From positions 5,592,178 to 5,656,177 of the forward strand of contig OZ199838.1 in the NCBI GenBank assembly GCA_964304625.1: DNA of 64,000 bases, written 5' to 3'. Below are positions 1 through 10,598 of this stretch, piece after piece; the stretch's first letter is position 1; every line of letters begins with the position of its first letter. The notes beneath the pieces are model-generated. The model saw only the letters and a program-made list of their open reading frames with translations, was not told the origin of the DNA and did not search any database. Source of the stretch: Kudoa neothunni. Its lineage: Eukaryota > Animalia > Cnidaria. Both the position numbers and the translations under genes were made by a program.

Positions 1-420
1 TTGATTATTCAAACGGAACAAAAAAGGTTGATCCTTTCATTGTCAACAAGTTGAGGTCGTTTAACGATTTCTCGGGAAGAGGTTCTTCAGGTATATTAAA
101 TTATTCTACTGACATAATCGATAGGTTTTTAATGTTAGAATTTTTTTCGTATTTCGACCAATTATATAATTAAAAAATTTTTAATAGTTAATTCTTTAAT
201 CGTACTCAAATTTTATTATTAAAATGTCACTGCTTTCTCATTTCACTCTATAAATGGAGAACATTTATTAGGTGGTGGAAGTTCAACTCGTGGATCAAAA
301 CCAACAAAACGTAAAGCACCTTCTTCAAATGGCGCCACCACCCCAAGAAAGGCCGTTACTTGTAGTATTTGTCATCAATCTGGTCACACCAGAAGATCGT
401 GCCCTAGAAAAGCGTCTTAG
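1..420 (+). CDS. TOP3A: 3' end of a gene ending in a CCHC zinc knuckle, probably DNA topoisomerase III alpha (partial; last exon 272-420)
   Basis: Exon to 90 (GT at 91) splices in frame to 272-420: GGGSSTRGSKPTKRKAPSSNGATTPRKAVTCSICHQSGHTRRSCPRKAS*. A terminal CxxCHQxGHTRxxCP after a G/S/K-rich linker resembles the recalled animal TOP3A C-terminus. The catalytic region lies outside the window. Confidence 0.5.
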
Positions 421-2258
421 CTTAACCAGTTTCTAAATATTTTTTTATTAAATTGATGTCGATTGTGATTTTATTTGTTTTTATTTCGCGCTAAAGTTAT
501 TATTTCTAGTCTTAACAAGATTTAATTTTTTTCTCCTATAAACCTGCCCATTTATATATAACTTATACCAATCGCCATGACATTAGACTTTTTCCATCTA
601 TAATAAATTTTCACTGTAGTGTAACTAATCTCAAGTCTCGATTTATTACGGCATTAATAAACAGCTATCATATATCGGATCGTGCGCATACGTGATTGAT
701 TCAATTTTTTAAATAAGCCATCTATCTTGTTGATTTTAGTTTCCATTAGTGATTACTTCAATAAATATATTCATAAAAAGCTTCTAAGAGAATATTTATT
801 GAAAAAGTTTAATAGTAAAGGCCTTATTAATTGAATTTATCGCGTTTTGTATTTGGGCTGTGGAACATAATCATTTTTGAAATTAAAATCCGTGTTCTTT
901 ACATTTTGATTTCTCATTCGATAATTTAATAGTTGGAATGATTTCTTAGTGCAAATTTTTCATAATTTTTCTATTTTTCAACATCCTAGATTACGTTTAT
1001 TAACCTTCTCGTTCTTAATATTCGTTTACAATTTAAATTAAAACGAGAAAAATTGCTTTTTTATGGTGCTCTATTTTGAATATCTTCTCCAAAATAGTTT
1101 TAAAATGTTGTAAATGATTTTCATCCATTTTAAAATAATGTTAATTAAACAAAGAAATTTATTTTTTGCATAATCGTAATATATTTTATTAAAGATTAGG
1201 TTTAAATCTAATTCGTCGTAGGTTAAAAATATTCATATATTTTTGAAGAGTTGAAAAGTTACACAGGAGTTAATGATGTGTATTAATTATATTTATGTAT
1301 CAACTCTGCCTTATGAAGAAAATTTATATACTAAAACTCAATCTGATGTATATCTTTAAAATATTCCGCTTGAAATATTTTTAGATATGTAATAATTTTG
1401 AAAAAGAAGTTTACATCCAATTTCATGCGCAAGCGCCGAATTATATCGATGTAAACATATTGATTATATATAGCCACTGTTTACAAGGCGGTTAAAAAAT
1501 AAATTTTCTACGCATTTTAAACAAATCATGAAATTTTTACATGATTACGATGCATAAAAATAGGAGTTTTATTCAATTTTCATTATTTCCTGTAATTTAA
1601 TGATGATTAATAAACAAAATTTCTGAGCGTTTTAGCTTTTTAAATCTTTTAACTAACCATTTTTACGTTATATATTAGTTTTAGAGCGCAAACAAAACAT
1701 TTGGACACGAAAGAATTAAATTATACAATGAACTTATTTCTTCTGTTTGTATATTCACTTTCGAAATATGTCATTATACAAAACAGAAAATTTTCAGATT
1801 CAATCTAAACCTAGATATGAAACTCCAACTATGCTACATCGTAGCCTTACTCTAATTCTATCCAAAGTTTCCTGCGAATTTTTACAAAAATTAAATATCT
1901 AGTCGATAACAAGTGCCAATATCATTATTTTGATGAAAAAATTCCAACTCTGGAAATTTTGACATGGAGATGCCGCGGAATCATTATATAATATACCAAA
2001 GATGGTATAAACAATAAATGAGTTACCTTTATTTATTAAAACGAATAAGTACCGAATGAAGCAAAATTTGTTAATTAGATTATACAGTAGATTATTTCTA
2101 CAAATTATCCAATCCTAATTTCTAGTATAAATAATGATTAAAGGTTAAAGCACAGAAAAGCTTATTCGCAAAATTATAACAAGCAATGTAAAAATAACAA
2201 AAAAGCAGTACCTAATATCACAAAAAAGTAGAAACTAAAATAATCAATAAAATATTAG

Positions 2259-2303
2259 GTTGACATTATTCCTCCAGAAATTTGGTTTGAAATAATATTT
2301 CAT
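2259..2303 (-). promoter_or_regulatory. Candidate form-2 SECIS element (non-canonical core) in the 3' UTR of the selenoprotein gene
   Basis: Minus strand reads AUGA-AAUAUUAUUUC-AAA-CCAAAUUUCUGG-AGGAAUAAUGU-CAAC: AUGA, 11 nt, AAA, apical CCA/UGG mini-stem and a 10-bp helix II. The 3' core is AA rather than GA and helix I is weak. Confidence 0.35.
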
Positions 2304-2729
2304 GAAAATGGCATAAACATTTGCCATGATTAGACCATTTTAGATACTTTATTGATTCAGAGTACTATGGTTTCAGTTGAATATAATCCATTCATTTATC
2401 ATCCATAGTTGAATTATAAGGACTGAAAAGTCAAAATAACAACTTTTCAGTCCTTTAACTAAAAAAACATCAAAGTTCAGAGAAAAAATAATCATAAATG
2501 CCACAGCCTTTCTTTAAGGATACAAAATAAATTCAAATATTCAATAAATTTAAGATATTAAAAATAAACTTTTTTGTATAGGCATAAATGAAAAACCCAT
2601 TGACATAAAGTCATGTGACATCCATAAATGGCCATTTTTAAAGGGCTCAACGAAATTGTTGTAAATCCGAATAATAGAGAGACCGAACTTATTTATGTAA
2701 AACTTGATGACTGTACAACGAAACAAAAT

Positions 2730-3169
2730 TTACCCTCATCCTCCCCCTCTAGACAAAGGCGTATAAGAACAAAATCCTGGACCCCCAACTTTATAAAAGC
2801 AAAATTAATTAGTGAATAAATAATCTGTTACGTGTTCCAAATCTAAAAATTCATAATTTTATAAGAGAGAAATAAAATAAGCAAACCTGGGTCTATTGTT
2901 GCTACCACCACCCCCATTTCCTGGTGGCCTTCTATTGTTAGAATTTATTCGATGTCTTTTAACTTCTTCATTTTCGATCTAATGAAAATTCAAATCTAAA
3001 ATAAATAGATAGTCGAGTTACCAGGAATAAAGACAATATTCTTTTCATTTAGTACATAAATAAGAAATAAAAACGAAACCGCTACAAACACTTACAGAAG
3101 CTTTAAAAAAATAAAAAGTTGCACAACTGATTGTGAAAACTTATTAAAATAACCTTCCTGCTTAACCAT
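2730..3169 (-). CDS. SELENOK: Selenoprotein K/S-like small single-pass membrane protein (~84 aa, penultimate Sec encoded by UGA at 2738-2736)
   Basis: Exons 3169-3096, 3040-3022, 2978-2887, 2842-2832, 2788-2730, all GT-AG and phase-consistent, give MVKQEGYFNKFSQSVVQLFIFLKLLILSLFLIENEEVKRHRINSNNRRPPGNGGGGSNNRPRFGTLGGPGFCSYTPLSRGGG-U-G*. N-terminal TM helix, G/P/R-rich tail and GG-U-G end match the SelK/SelS family architecture. Confidence 0.72.
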
Positions 3170-4000
3170 CAGAAGCAAAAAGCCGTCGGCTAACAACAAA
3201 AAGAACTTCGAGAAGATTCGTAATGTAGCAGGTTAGGCATGATAATTATTTTCGTTATGCAATCATTCTACATCGATACCGTTTACAAACAATAATCGTA
3301 TCCTTCTTAATAATTTTTTCTGAGTTGCTTTAAAAATAATTATTTCATATTGACTTTTTATTATATAATAGTTAATCCTATTAAAAATCATTGTAATATC
3401 CCCAAATTATTGGTTGTGATGGGCTCTTAATATGAATTGATTCAAAATGTGATATTAAACAATTTATTTATAATTTTAAATTCAAGAAATAAATGATTCT
3501 GTCGTAGTATCTATTGTTACGAATAATTTTTTATATTAAAAAAAGATTATTTTAAGAAAATATCGAAAACTTTAATATTTTTTTCTTAGAAACTACAATA
3601 ACATCAATTTCACTTTACTCAATCAAAGGACAAATCCGTGAACGTGAGCACGTCACTCCTTAAATTCTCCTAAATGTAAATTAATTGACTCAACTATCCG
3701 GTCTTTCGAGACAACGTCAAAAATTGATTCAGGTGGTATATTTAAGTTTATAACTATGGTAAACATCTTAATTAGAGATTTATTCCAGATATCTTTATTT
3801 GTTATATAAATTATATTATATAACTATTCAAAGGTATTTAAATTAAATACACAATCCTTTTTAAGATCAAATGTAATAAGTTATTTTAATATTACAAACA
3901 GATTATTAAGTTTCATCAATTTTTCAATTGGCAGTTTAAAATAAATTACATAAAAAATGATTTTAATACTTTATAAATTAAGATATTATCGAAAAATTAT

Positions 4001-5846
4001 TTAATGTTTTATTTTCATATTTTTCTTTGACGGTCTATGCATCGCCGAAGGTATCTGAGTGATTTTGGCTGGTTGATTAGCATTCCCATTATGAGCCTTC
4101 TTTTTATTGAAGAACGGAGACAATACTTTGTACATTGGAATTTTTCTATCCACTGGTTTTTTCTGTTTTTTCTTTTCAGGATGTGGCTTTTTAATTTTTC
4201 CTTTCGATTTCGATTTGACAACAGATTTGGGTTTGTTGTATTTGGCTCCAACGACAGTACTCCTTGGTATATCCTGTCTGCTGAATAGTTTCGATTTGAA
4301 CATTTCTTTATATTTTTTTAGTATCTAAACATAAATGAGAACGTTTTTAAATTAAATTAAAAATAATCCACGACAAATCCATTAAAATTTTCAGTTTTTT
4401 ACCTTTTCTTTACTTTCAGACTTTTCCGGTACGCTAGGGTCCATCTTTTCATACGGATCCTAAAAGCAATTCAAAAATTTTGTTCATACAATGTTATTAC
4501 GAGATCAAATATATTTGGAGCGATTTTACTGCTGTTATTTTTAGCATCATCAGCTTCACCGGAATCACTTTCTGATTGGCTTACTGGTGAAGCGGTTGAC
4601 TTTGTAGTGTCCATTACAGGGGTGGAAGGGTTTTCCGTCGAGCCAGTTGTCGACTCACTCCCAGTTGTTGAGGTTGATGGGGTGGTTTCCGTTGGTAAAG
4701 TTGTGGACTTATTCACATTTTCTGCAGGAGTGGTTTCTGTTGTTGAAACTGGGAAATCGCTCAAAGCTGTTGAAGAGGGGGCTGTCGTTGATGAGCTTGT
4801 GGTAATAGGAGTTTCTGTCGATAAAGTCGCGGACTCACTCGCACCTTTGGAGACGAACGGTTGATCAGAGGAAGTCTTGGCGTCAGTCGAATCTAAAAAT
4901 TACGATGTATTATTTGCATTACCATAATTAATAATGTAAAGATATTTTCAACTGAATTAAATAGGGTTAAAGAAAAAAAACCAAATCGACTATATTACCA
5001 TTTTTTGCTGTCATATTTGAAGCATTCAGTATTTCTTGGTCATCATGGGTTTGATCATGGAATAAATTATAATCTCTGGCGAAACTATCAATATTATTTT
5101 TCCCTGTATTGTTTTTCAACATTTCCAAATTGTTTTCGTGGTTTTTATTAATTTTATTTTTATTAAAATCCATAATGTTAAAGTTTGTGCCTTGGTGGCT
5201 ATTGTTGGAAGGCTTTGACTGGGTTGAATTTACTCGAGGAATTAAGCTGAGATCTGCCTGGCTCTGAGGACATACAACCTTAATTAAATAATTTATATGT
5301 GATGAAACGGAAATCTAATTTTACCTGTAAAACGTCCCCATCAGCTGTTTTTATCCAGTAAGGACGCGGGTTCAAATCTGCGATGCTATTTTGGAATAGA
5401 TCTTTACAACTCTTGGCTGGGTTTAAAAATCTTTAACAATCTAATTTCATAACACAAGTGATAGATGATTTTTACTGGCCAAGAGTAGGTTTAGAAGTTG
5501 CTTGGCTCTTCGAATCATTAAGGCCAATCTCATGACCTTGACCAATGCTATCGGTGGCGTGATTTTCGTGAGAGCTGATGTTTGAGGAAATACTATCGGA
5601 TATTTCCACATGTTTTTCATCGGTACCGTTGTACTTGTGGCTAGATATGATTTCATCATTGTTTTTTTCTAGCGTGATATCTTCAAAAAGTTTTTCAGGA
5701 ATTTCATCCTTTTTTGAAATTAACATTAAATCCATGATTTTTTCGTTCTCCATAAAAGCGACTGAATTGCGATATCCATCGCTCGAAATTATGTTGCAGT
5801 TAATGACAGGCCATAAAAATACCAGTAAGAAAGTAGTTTTTATCAT
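4001..5846 (-). CDS. Secreted mucin-like protein (~509 aa): signal peptide, collagen-C-propeptide/fibrinogen-like Cys mini-module, S/T/P-rich tract, Lys-rich C-terminus
   Basis: Six phase-consistent exons: 5846-5476, 5430-5325, 5278-4999, 4892-4501, 4459-4403, 4324-4001. Start MIKTTFLLVFLWPVINC; motif LGQFLNPAKSCKDLFQNSIADLNPRPYWIKTADGDVLQVVCP; STTETTP-type tract; basic tail KSKSKGKIKKPHPEKKKQKK. Confidence 0.75.
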
Positions 5847-7089
5847 TAAAAATCTCAAAATAATGGTTTTTTATAGAGAACACTTTGAATAGTGCTTAGT
5901 GAATCATAGCTCTTTTTGGTTGCCTCAAGGAAACCGTCATTCATTAGTGAACAATTAAACATACCATGGCGATTAGAATGAGGGACAAGCTTCCAGTGTT
6001 GTTGCCTAGTAGATTTGTTAAATGGGGTTCTTACGTTTGATTTTAAATTAGAAATTAAACAATGTTTGGCCTTAACCTTTTAAATTAAACTTTTGACGAT
6101 TAAATATAGACACAGATAACTATTTATTGCTCGATATAAAAACTATAAGCTAAAACAAATTAATATTTCCAGTCTTCTAATTCATTAATAATATCTGTGG
6201 AGAATCAAAACTTTGAGTTACAATCGAATATGGTTCCTGGCGATGGTAGCAATTAACTTCACAATTAAATCTTTAAAAACTAAGGATTCAATAATTTTTG
6301 ATAATTGAATAATCCCTTAAAAAGCCATACATCTTATTTATGTGTACTATGTCTAAAATCTTATTTAAATTTGTTGGGTTCTGTCATTTGTTGGCTTGTG
6401 TGCGGCAATTTAGTTTAGCATTATATTATTTGAAAAAAAGTATTCGTGTTGTTCAATATTTACATCGTAAAGTCTTTTATATTTATAAATGGTATCGTTG
6501 GTTGAGGCTTAGAAAAGAGCTATGGATTGAAGATTATTTCGTCTGCGGTTAGTAATCGTTTTAAAATTTATTGTTGCTAGTGAATTTAAGTCGAATTCTT
6601 TTATATTGGAACTTTAATAATTTTATTTAAATAAAAGTTCATACAACTAATAATAAAATTTACCAATGTTAATATTACACAGAATAGTAATGCATATAAC
6701 ACCGTGATCTAATCCTGTGAAGATTTTATGTGGCCTATGAATGGGCTTGGTTTCCAATGATATTCTCATAAAATTAATATCGACAAAACGGCTAATAAGA
6801 CTCTTTTTAGAAAACTGAAGTTGAAATTATGTAGGATTAAATTTTTTGACATATTACTAGCGTCAATAGAATCCACATTCAGAGAATTTGTCTAAACATG
6901 ATTAGTACATTATATTTTCATATTCCAATTGATAAGAACAATGAAATTTTTTACTGAGAAAAAACATTTTTATAATTTTGGAAAAATAGTTTGGCCGAAA
7001 TTTGATATACGCCTCCTTTAAATCCAATTAAAAAAGAATTATTTTATAATAAATGAGATTGTATTTAATACTAACAATAAGAATGTAAT

Positions 7090-7990
7090 AATTGATAGTC
7101 ATACATCACTATTCGAAGAACGCTGATAAAACCATTCCACATATCATTACAATTTTTTCTCCTCTATTGAAATTCAGCAAGGGATTCGTTGATTCCATCT
7201 ATAGTAACAGAGCCATCATCCTGTACTAAAGATGTTCTATTTCGAGGTGAAATTTGGTATTCTATAGCTCCGCATGTGTCTTCAATTGTGTTTGTGTGTG
7301 CTCCAGTAATACTATCAACGTATTCAATGCTGACAGAAGTTATGCAACGTAGAATAACTCTTGAAGCAATCGATTATTATAATTGAATATGGCTTTACAT
7401 GATTTTTTATTATTTCTATTAATATTTCTACTGTTCTATCAGGAACTACAACAAGAAATAATTTTCTTCCAGGTGTCCTTTCCACGCCGCCAAATACCCA
7501 TGTTCCATTAACGTCATGAACTCGGTTGTATTCCCGCTTGTCAAATTTTGATTCATCGATTTCAACGATTATGTTTCCCCATAAATGATGGCATCTTCAA
7601 AATCTAAACTGTCACCAACTATGTCTGAAATAATGACAATAATTTGTGATTGTATGGGCAGAATGAGCAGTAATTTTAATCAAATCAACTGCCTTCACGT
7701 CAACCAACCAATAGTAAGATAATTAGAGTATTGAATTAATTTTTGGTTGGGTGTGCTGGAAAAATGTTTTTTCCAATATTGAAATTTCTTTTCGAAAATT
7801 CTTCCTGAAGCGTCCCCAGTTTTTCCTGCGTTGCGAAAAATTGTCGTAATCGCATTGTTCACATATAGTTAATGGCTAAAAAACATTATTTTCAATTAAA
7901 CATTCGGTGGAATTCTCTTCATTTTCAAATATTCTAGAGTACTCGTCGGAGAGATCATAATGGATTAAATCGACCACCCTATCATGATTA
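7090..7990 (-). mobile_element. Degenerate Merlin (ISXO2/IS1595-like) transposase remnant
   Basis: Minus-strand translation gives IVEIDESKFDKREYNRVHDVNGTWVFGGVERTPGRKLFLVVVPDRT and TGAHTNTIE, with stops and frameshifts. Element ends not defined. Confidence 0.8.
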
Positions 7991-9207
7991 ATTTAATGCT
8001 CCACATGACATGATAATTTCTTTCTGAACTGCGTTAAAGGCGAATATCAAATGTGGTTCAATAATTTATTGACAATTTTAGACGATATTTTTATTTTGTT
8101 CATAACATAAACCCTTGACGCAGATTGTTAAGCTATGGAATTCCGGCTGATCAGGTCCGCTACATGAACTCTGTAGACAACGCAGTGAGTAACATGCAAC
8201 CCGTCGCACTATATTTCTGCTATAATACGGAAGTTTAACTCATTAAAAATCCTCGCCTTTGAATGATTACACCCCCAAGCTTATCCACTAAAGGGCGTTG
8301 ACGCATGGACCTGCATGATTCTTTATTACCTAATACAGTGTTCCCTTTGGCGGATGTGAAGATCCATCATTTGGACGCGGGGATCATTCTAGAATAAATT
8401 TAAAAATAAACATTAATTTATTTAATGCGTAATTTTCTTTAGTCCTCGTTAATCATGTAAGGATGTAACGTGTGTAATAATATTTTTGAGTGTTCTATTA
8501 CCAGTGTTTTTTTTTCGATAAGTTCGATATGAAAATTACTTGAATTCAAACGATTTATTATACTTAATTATATGACATAGAATCAGGTAAGGTAATAGTT
8601 GGTTTTAAGCCCATTCAACGTACAAAATCGAAACTTTTTTATTTTTGAAAGTAACAGATTTATATATTTAGGATGTGATGAGGCCGCGTCGGAATATTTT
8701 CTACCTCGAAATAACCAATATCATTAAAAATGAGGCCATGATGCGTTGTTAACATAGTGCTCTGTCTAAATTTGAGATCAATCATTTAATTGTATAGTCT
8801 TTATTGTTACATTTCAAGTTTTATGTTTAAATTTTTAACTGATATCTGATATGAATTTTAGCTAAATTATCTTGATAAACAATTTTTAAAAATTTTTGTA
8901 CACATAGATCAAAGCATTCACTTACTGGCTTAAATTAGTGACTTTTATCCCAGTACATTTAAATGGCATCTTTTTGGATCCATACAATTTTTATTAATCC
9001 ACTGCCTCAAAGTTCAGATTAAATGTGACTCGATGTAGGATAAGGATGCCGTTAGATCTGTTCAACACAAAATAGCAATTGGGTAAGATTTGCGTATTTA
9101 TTGAATCCAATAATAAGTAATAGAATTGAATCAACCACGAAAACGACTTGCATGTATCATTGTCCAACAAAATACCACGCTTTGAATTATTTAACAAAAA
9201 TCGAAAA

Positions 9208-9755
9208 GCCTGGACAATATGGCGTATTGTTGTTAGGTCGAGATCGCATACCATGAGGTTGCTAGTTCGAAGCCTAGTCCGGGCGTACCTGTACTCGTAT
9301 TCCGAAATTAAGTAGGAAGGCTGTAGTAATCGCAAGGATCTACGATTTATTGTGGCCATGCTTGCAGCTGGGAGGGAGTCTGGCGGAAGGGTAAAATTCG
9401 GGCGCTCATAAACTCATAAACGTCGGGGTACAGCGATGAAATACAACCCAGTAGGGGGTTTCCGTAGAGCCGGCACCCCCATTCAGACGACTTTTCCAGA
9501 CTAATTCTGAGTTAGTCCAGGGTATGTTTTGGGTGGTGGTTGCTCCGAAACGAGGATGTTTAATGGGTTAAAATCCCACACTACCGCATAAAACGTAAGT
9601 CGCCTTAATATGAAGCTGCGGTGCCTAAAGCATAAATAGAGAAGTCTTAACCAGCCCGAACTTCACAACCTAACAAGTTGCGCCAGGGGTTTGATCATGT
9701 GAACAAAAAACCCTAAATCGAAGAGAGTAAGAAAGTCACCAAATAAAATAAATAT
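9208..9755 (+). mobile_element. Putative tRNA-headed SINE-like insertion (GC-rich body, A-rich tail)
   Basis: 9208-9285 has an acceptor-like stem GCCTGGA..TCCGGGC, an A-box-like TGGCGTATTG and a T-arm/B-box CTAGTTCGAAGCCTAG. A ~450-bp GC-rich non-coding body follows, ending in AAATAAAATAAATA. Confidence 0.45.
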
Positions 9756-10598
9756 TAAATGATTTTTTTGAAACGTTTTTTGTAAACTATATTGATTTTA
9801 TAATTTTTATTTTTATGAATTAATATTTCTTTTATATCAATTTTTTGTTCCTAATGTTTTTGCAATATTTATAAAAACATTTTTTAATTCAAATTATTTC
9901 TCATTTTACATAAAAATAGTACATTTAATCAGGGTTAAATAATAGCTCCAATCGTTGAGTGTTGAGTCATGAGCTAGAAAATGATTATATTCATCCTTCT
10001 TAATCAGGCGTATCAAATTGAGTTAACTAATTAAAATATCAAATAAAACAATAAAGGTATAATTTTGAGGACGATATTCACCGGGATTATTATTATTATA
10101 GCACATATATAAAGTTAAGCGTTAACTTTCACACGGAGGAGGGGATGCGACGTGATCGCAGAAATTAACGCAGAGGTATGAGTGTAAAGTACGTGGGGAA
10201 GCACCGCATTAAAAAAAGCCTACTTTTTACAGCAAAGGTCAAATAAACAGATTCGTTACAACTATCTAATAGCGACACAACAAAAATACACGCAGAAATT
10301 AATATTGGAGAAAGATGAATGCGAAAATAATAAAAATAGGGTATTATTCATTGGCAATTCATGTTTTAAGAACTGTACAATTTTCAGTTATCTTCTCTTT
10401 GAAAAATTCTTTATAAATTAAGTTTATTTTAACTCACTAATATGGCTGCTTCCTTTCTGTAGTCGTTTCAGGGCCCCATAAAAACAACAGTCATCAAATT
10501 ATTAGACAAAATCGTAAGTTAAATTACACACGAAATATTAATATGAATGAAATAATAAACAATAACAAAACAAACTAACAAAACTAATAGAGTTTTTA

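Noticed and set aside
2540-2710. Open minus-strand frame (HLWMSHDFMSMGFSFMPIQK) faintly resembling cytochrome b561
   Set aside because: No supporting exons or conserved motif spacing; it lies in the presumed selenoprotein 3' UTR.
2628-2819. 63-aa plus-strand ORF
   Set aside because: Antisense shadow of the selenoprotein's last exon with no recognisable features.
8100-8400. GC-richer segment with some pairing (CAGGTCC/GGACCTG, CGCCTTT/AAGGGCG) as a possible snRNA, RNase P/MRP or ribozyme
   Set aside because: No diagnostic conserved boxes recognised; more simply the 5' arm of the adjacent Merlin remnant.
8670-8780. GTGATGA box C-like motif suggesting a C/D snoRNA
   Set aside because: No matching CTGA box D or terminal stem at a suitable distance.
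9440-9720. Possible HDV-like or hammerhead ribozyme in the SINE-like body
   Set aside because: Could not build the nested double pseudoknot or find a CUGANGA/GAAA core.
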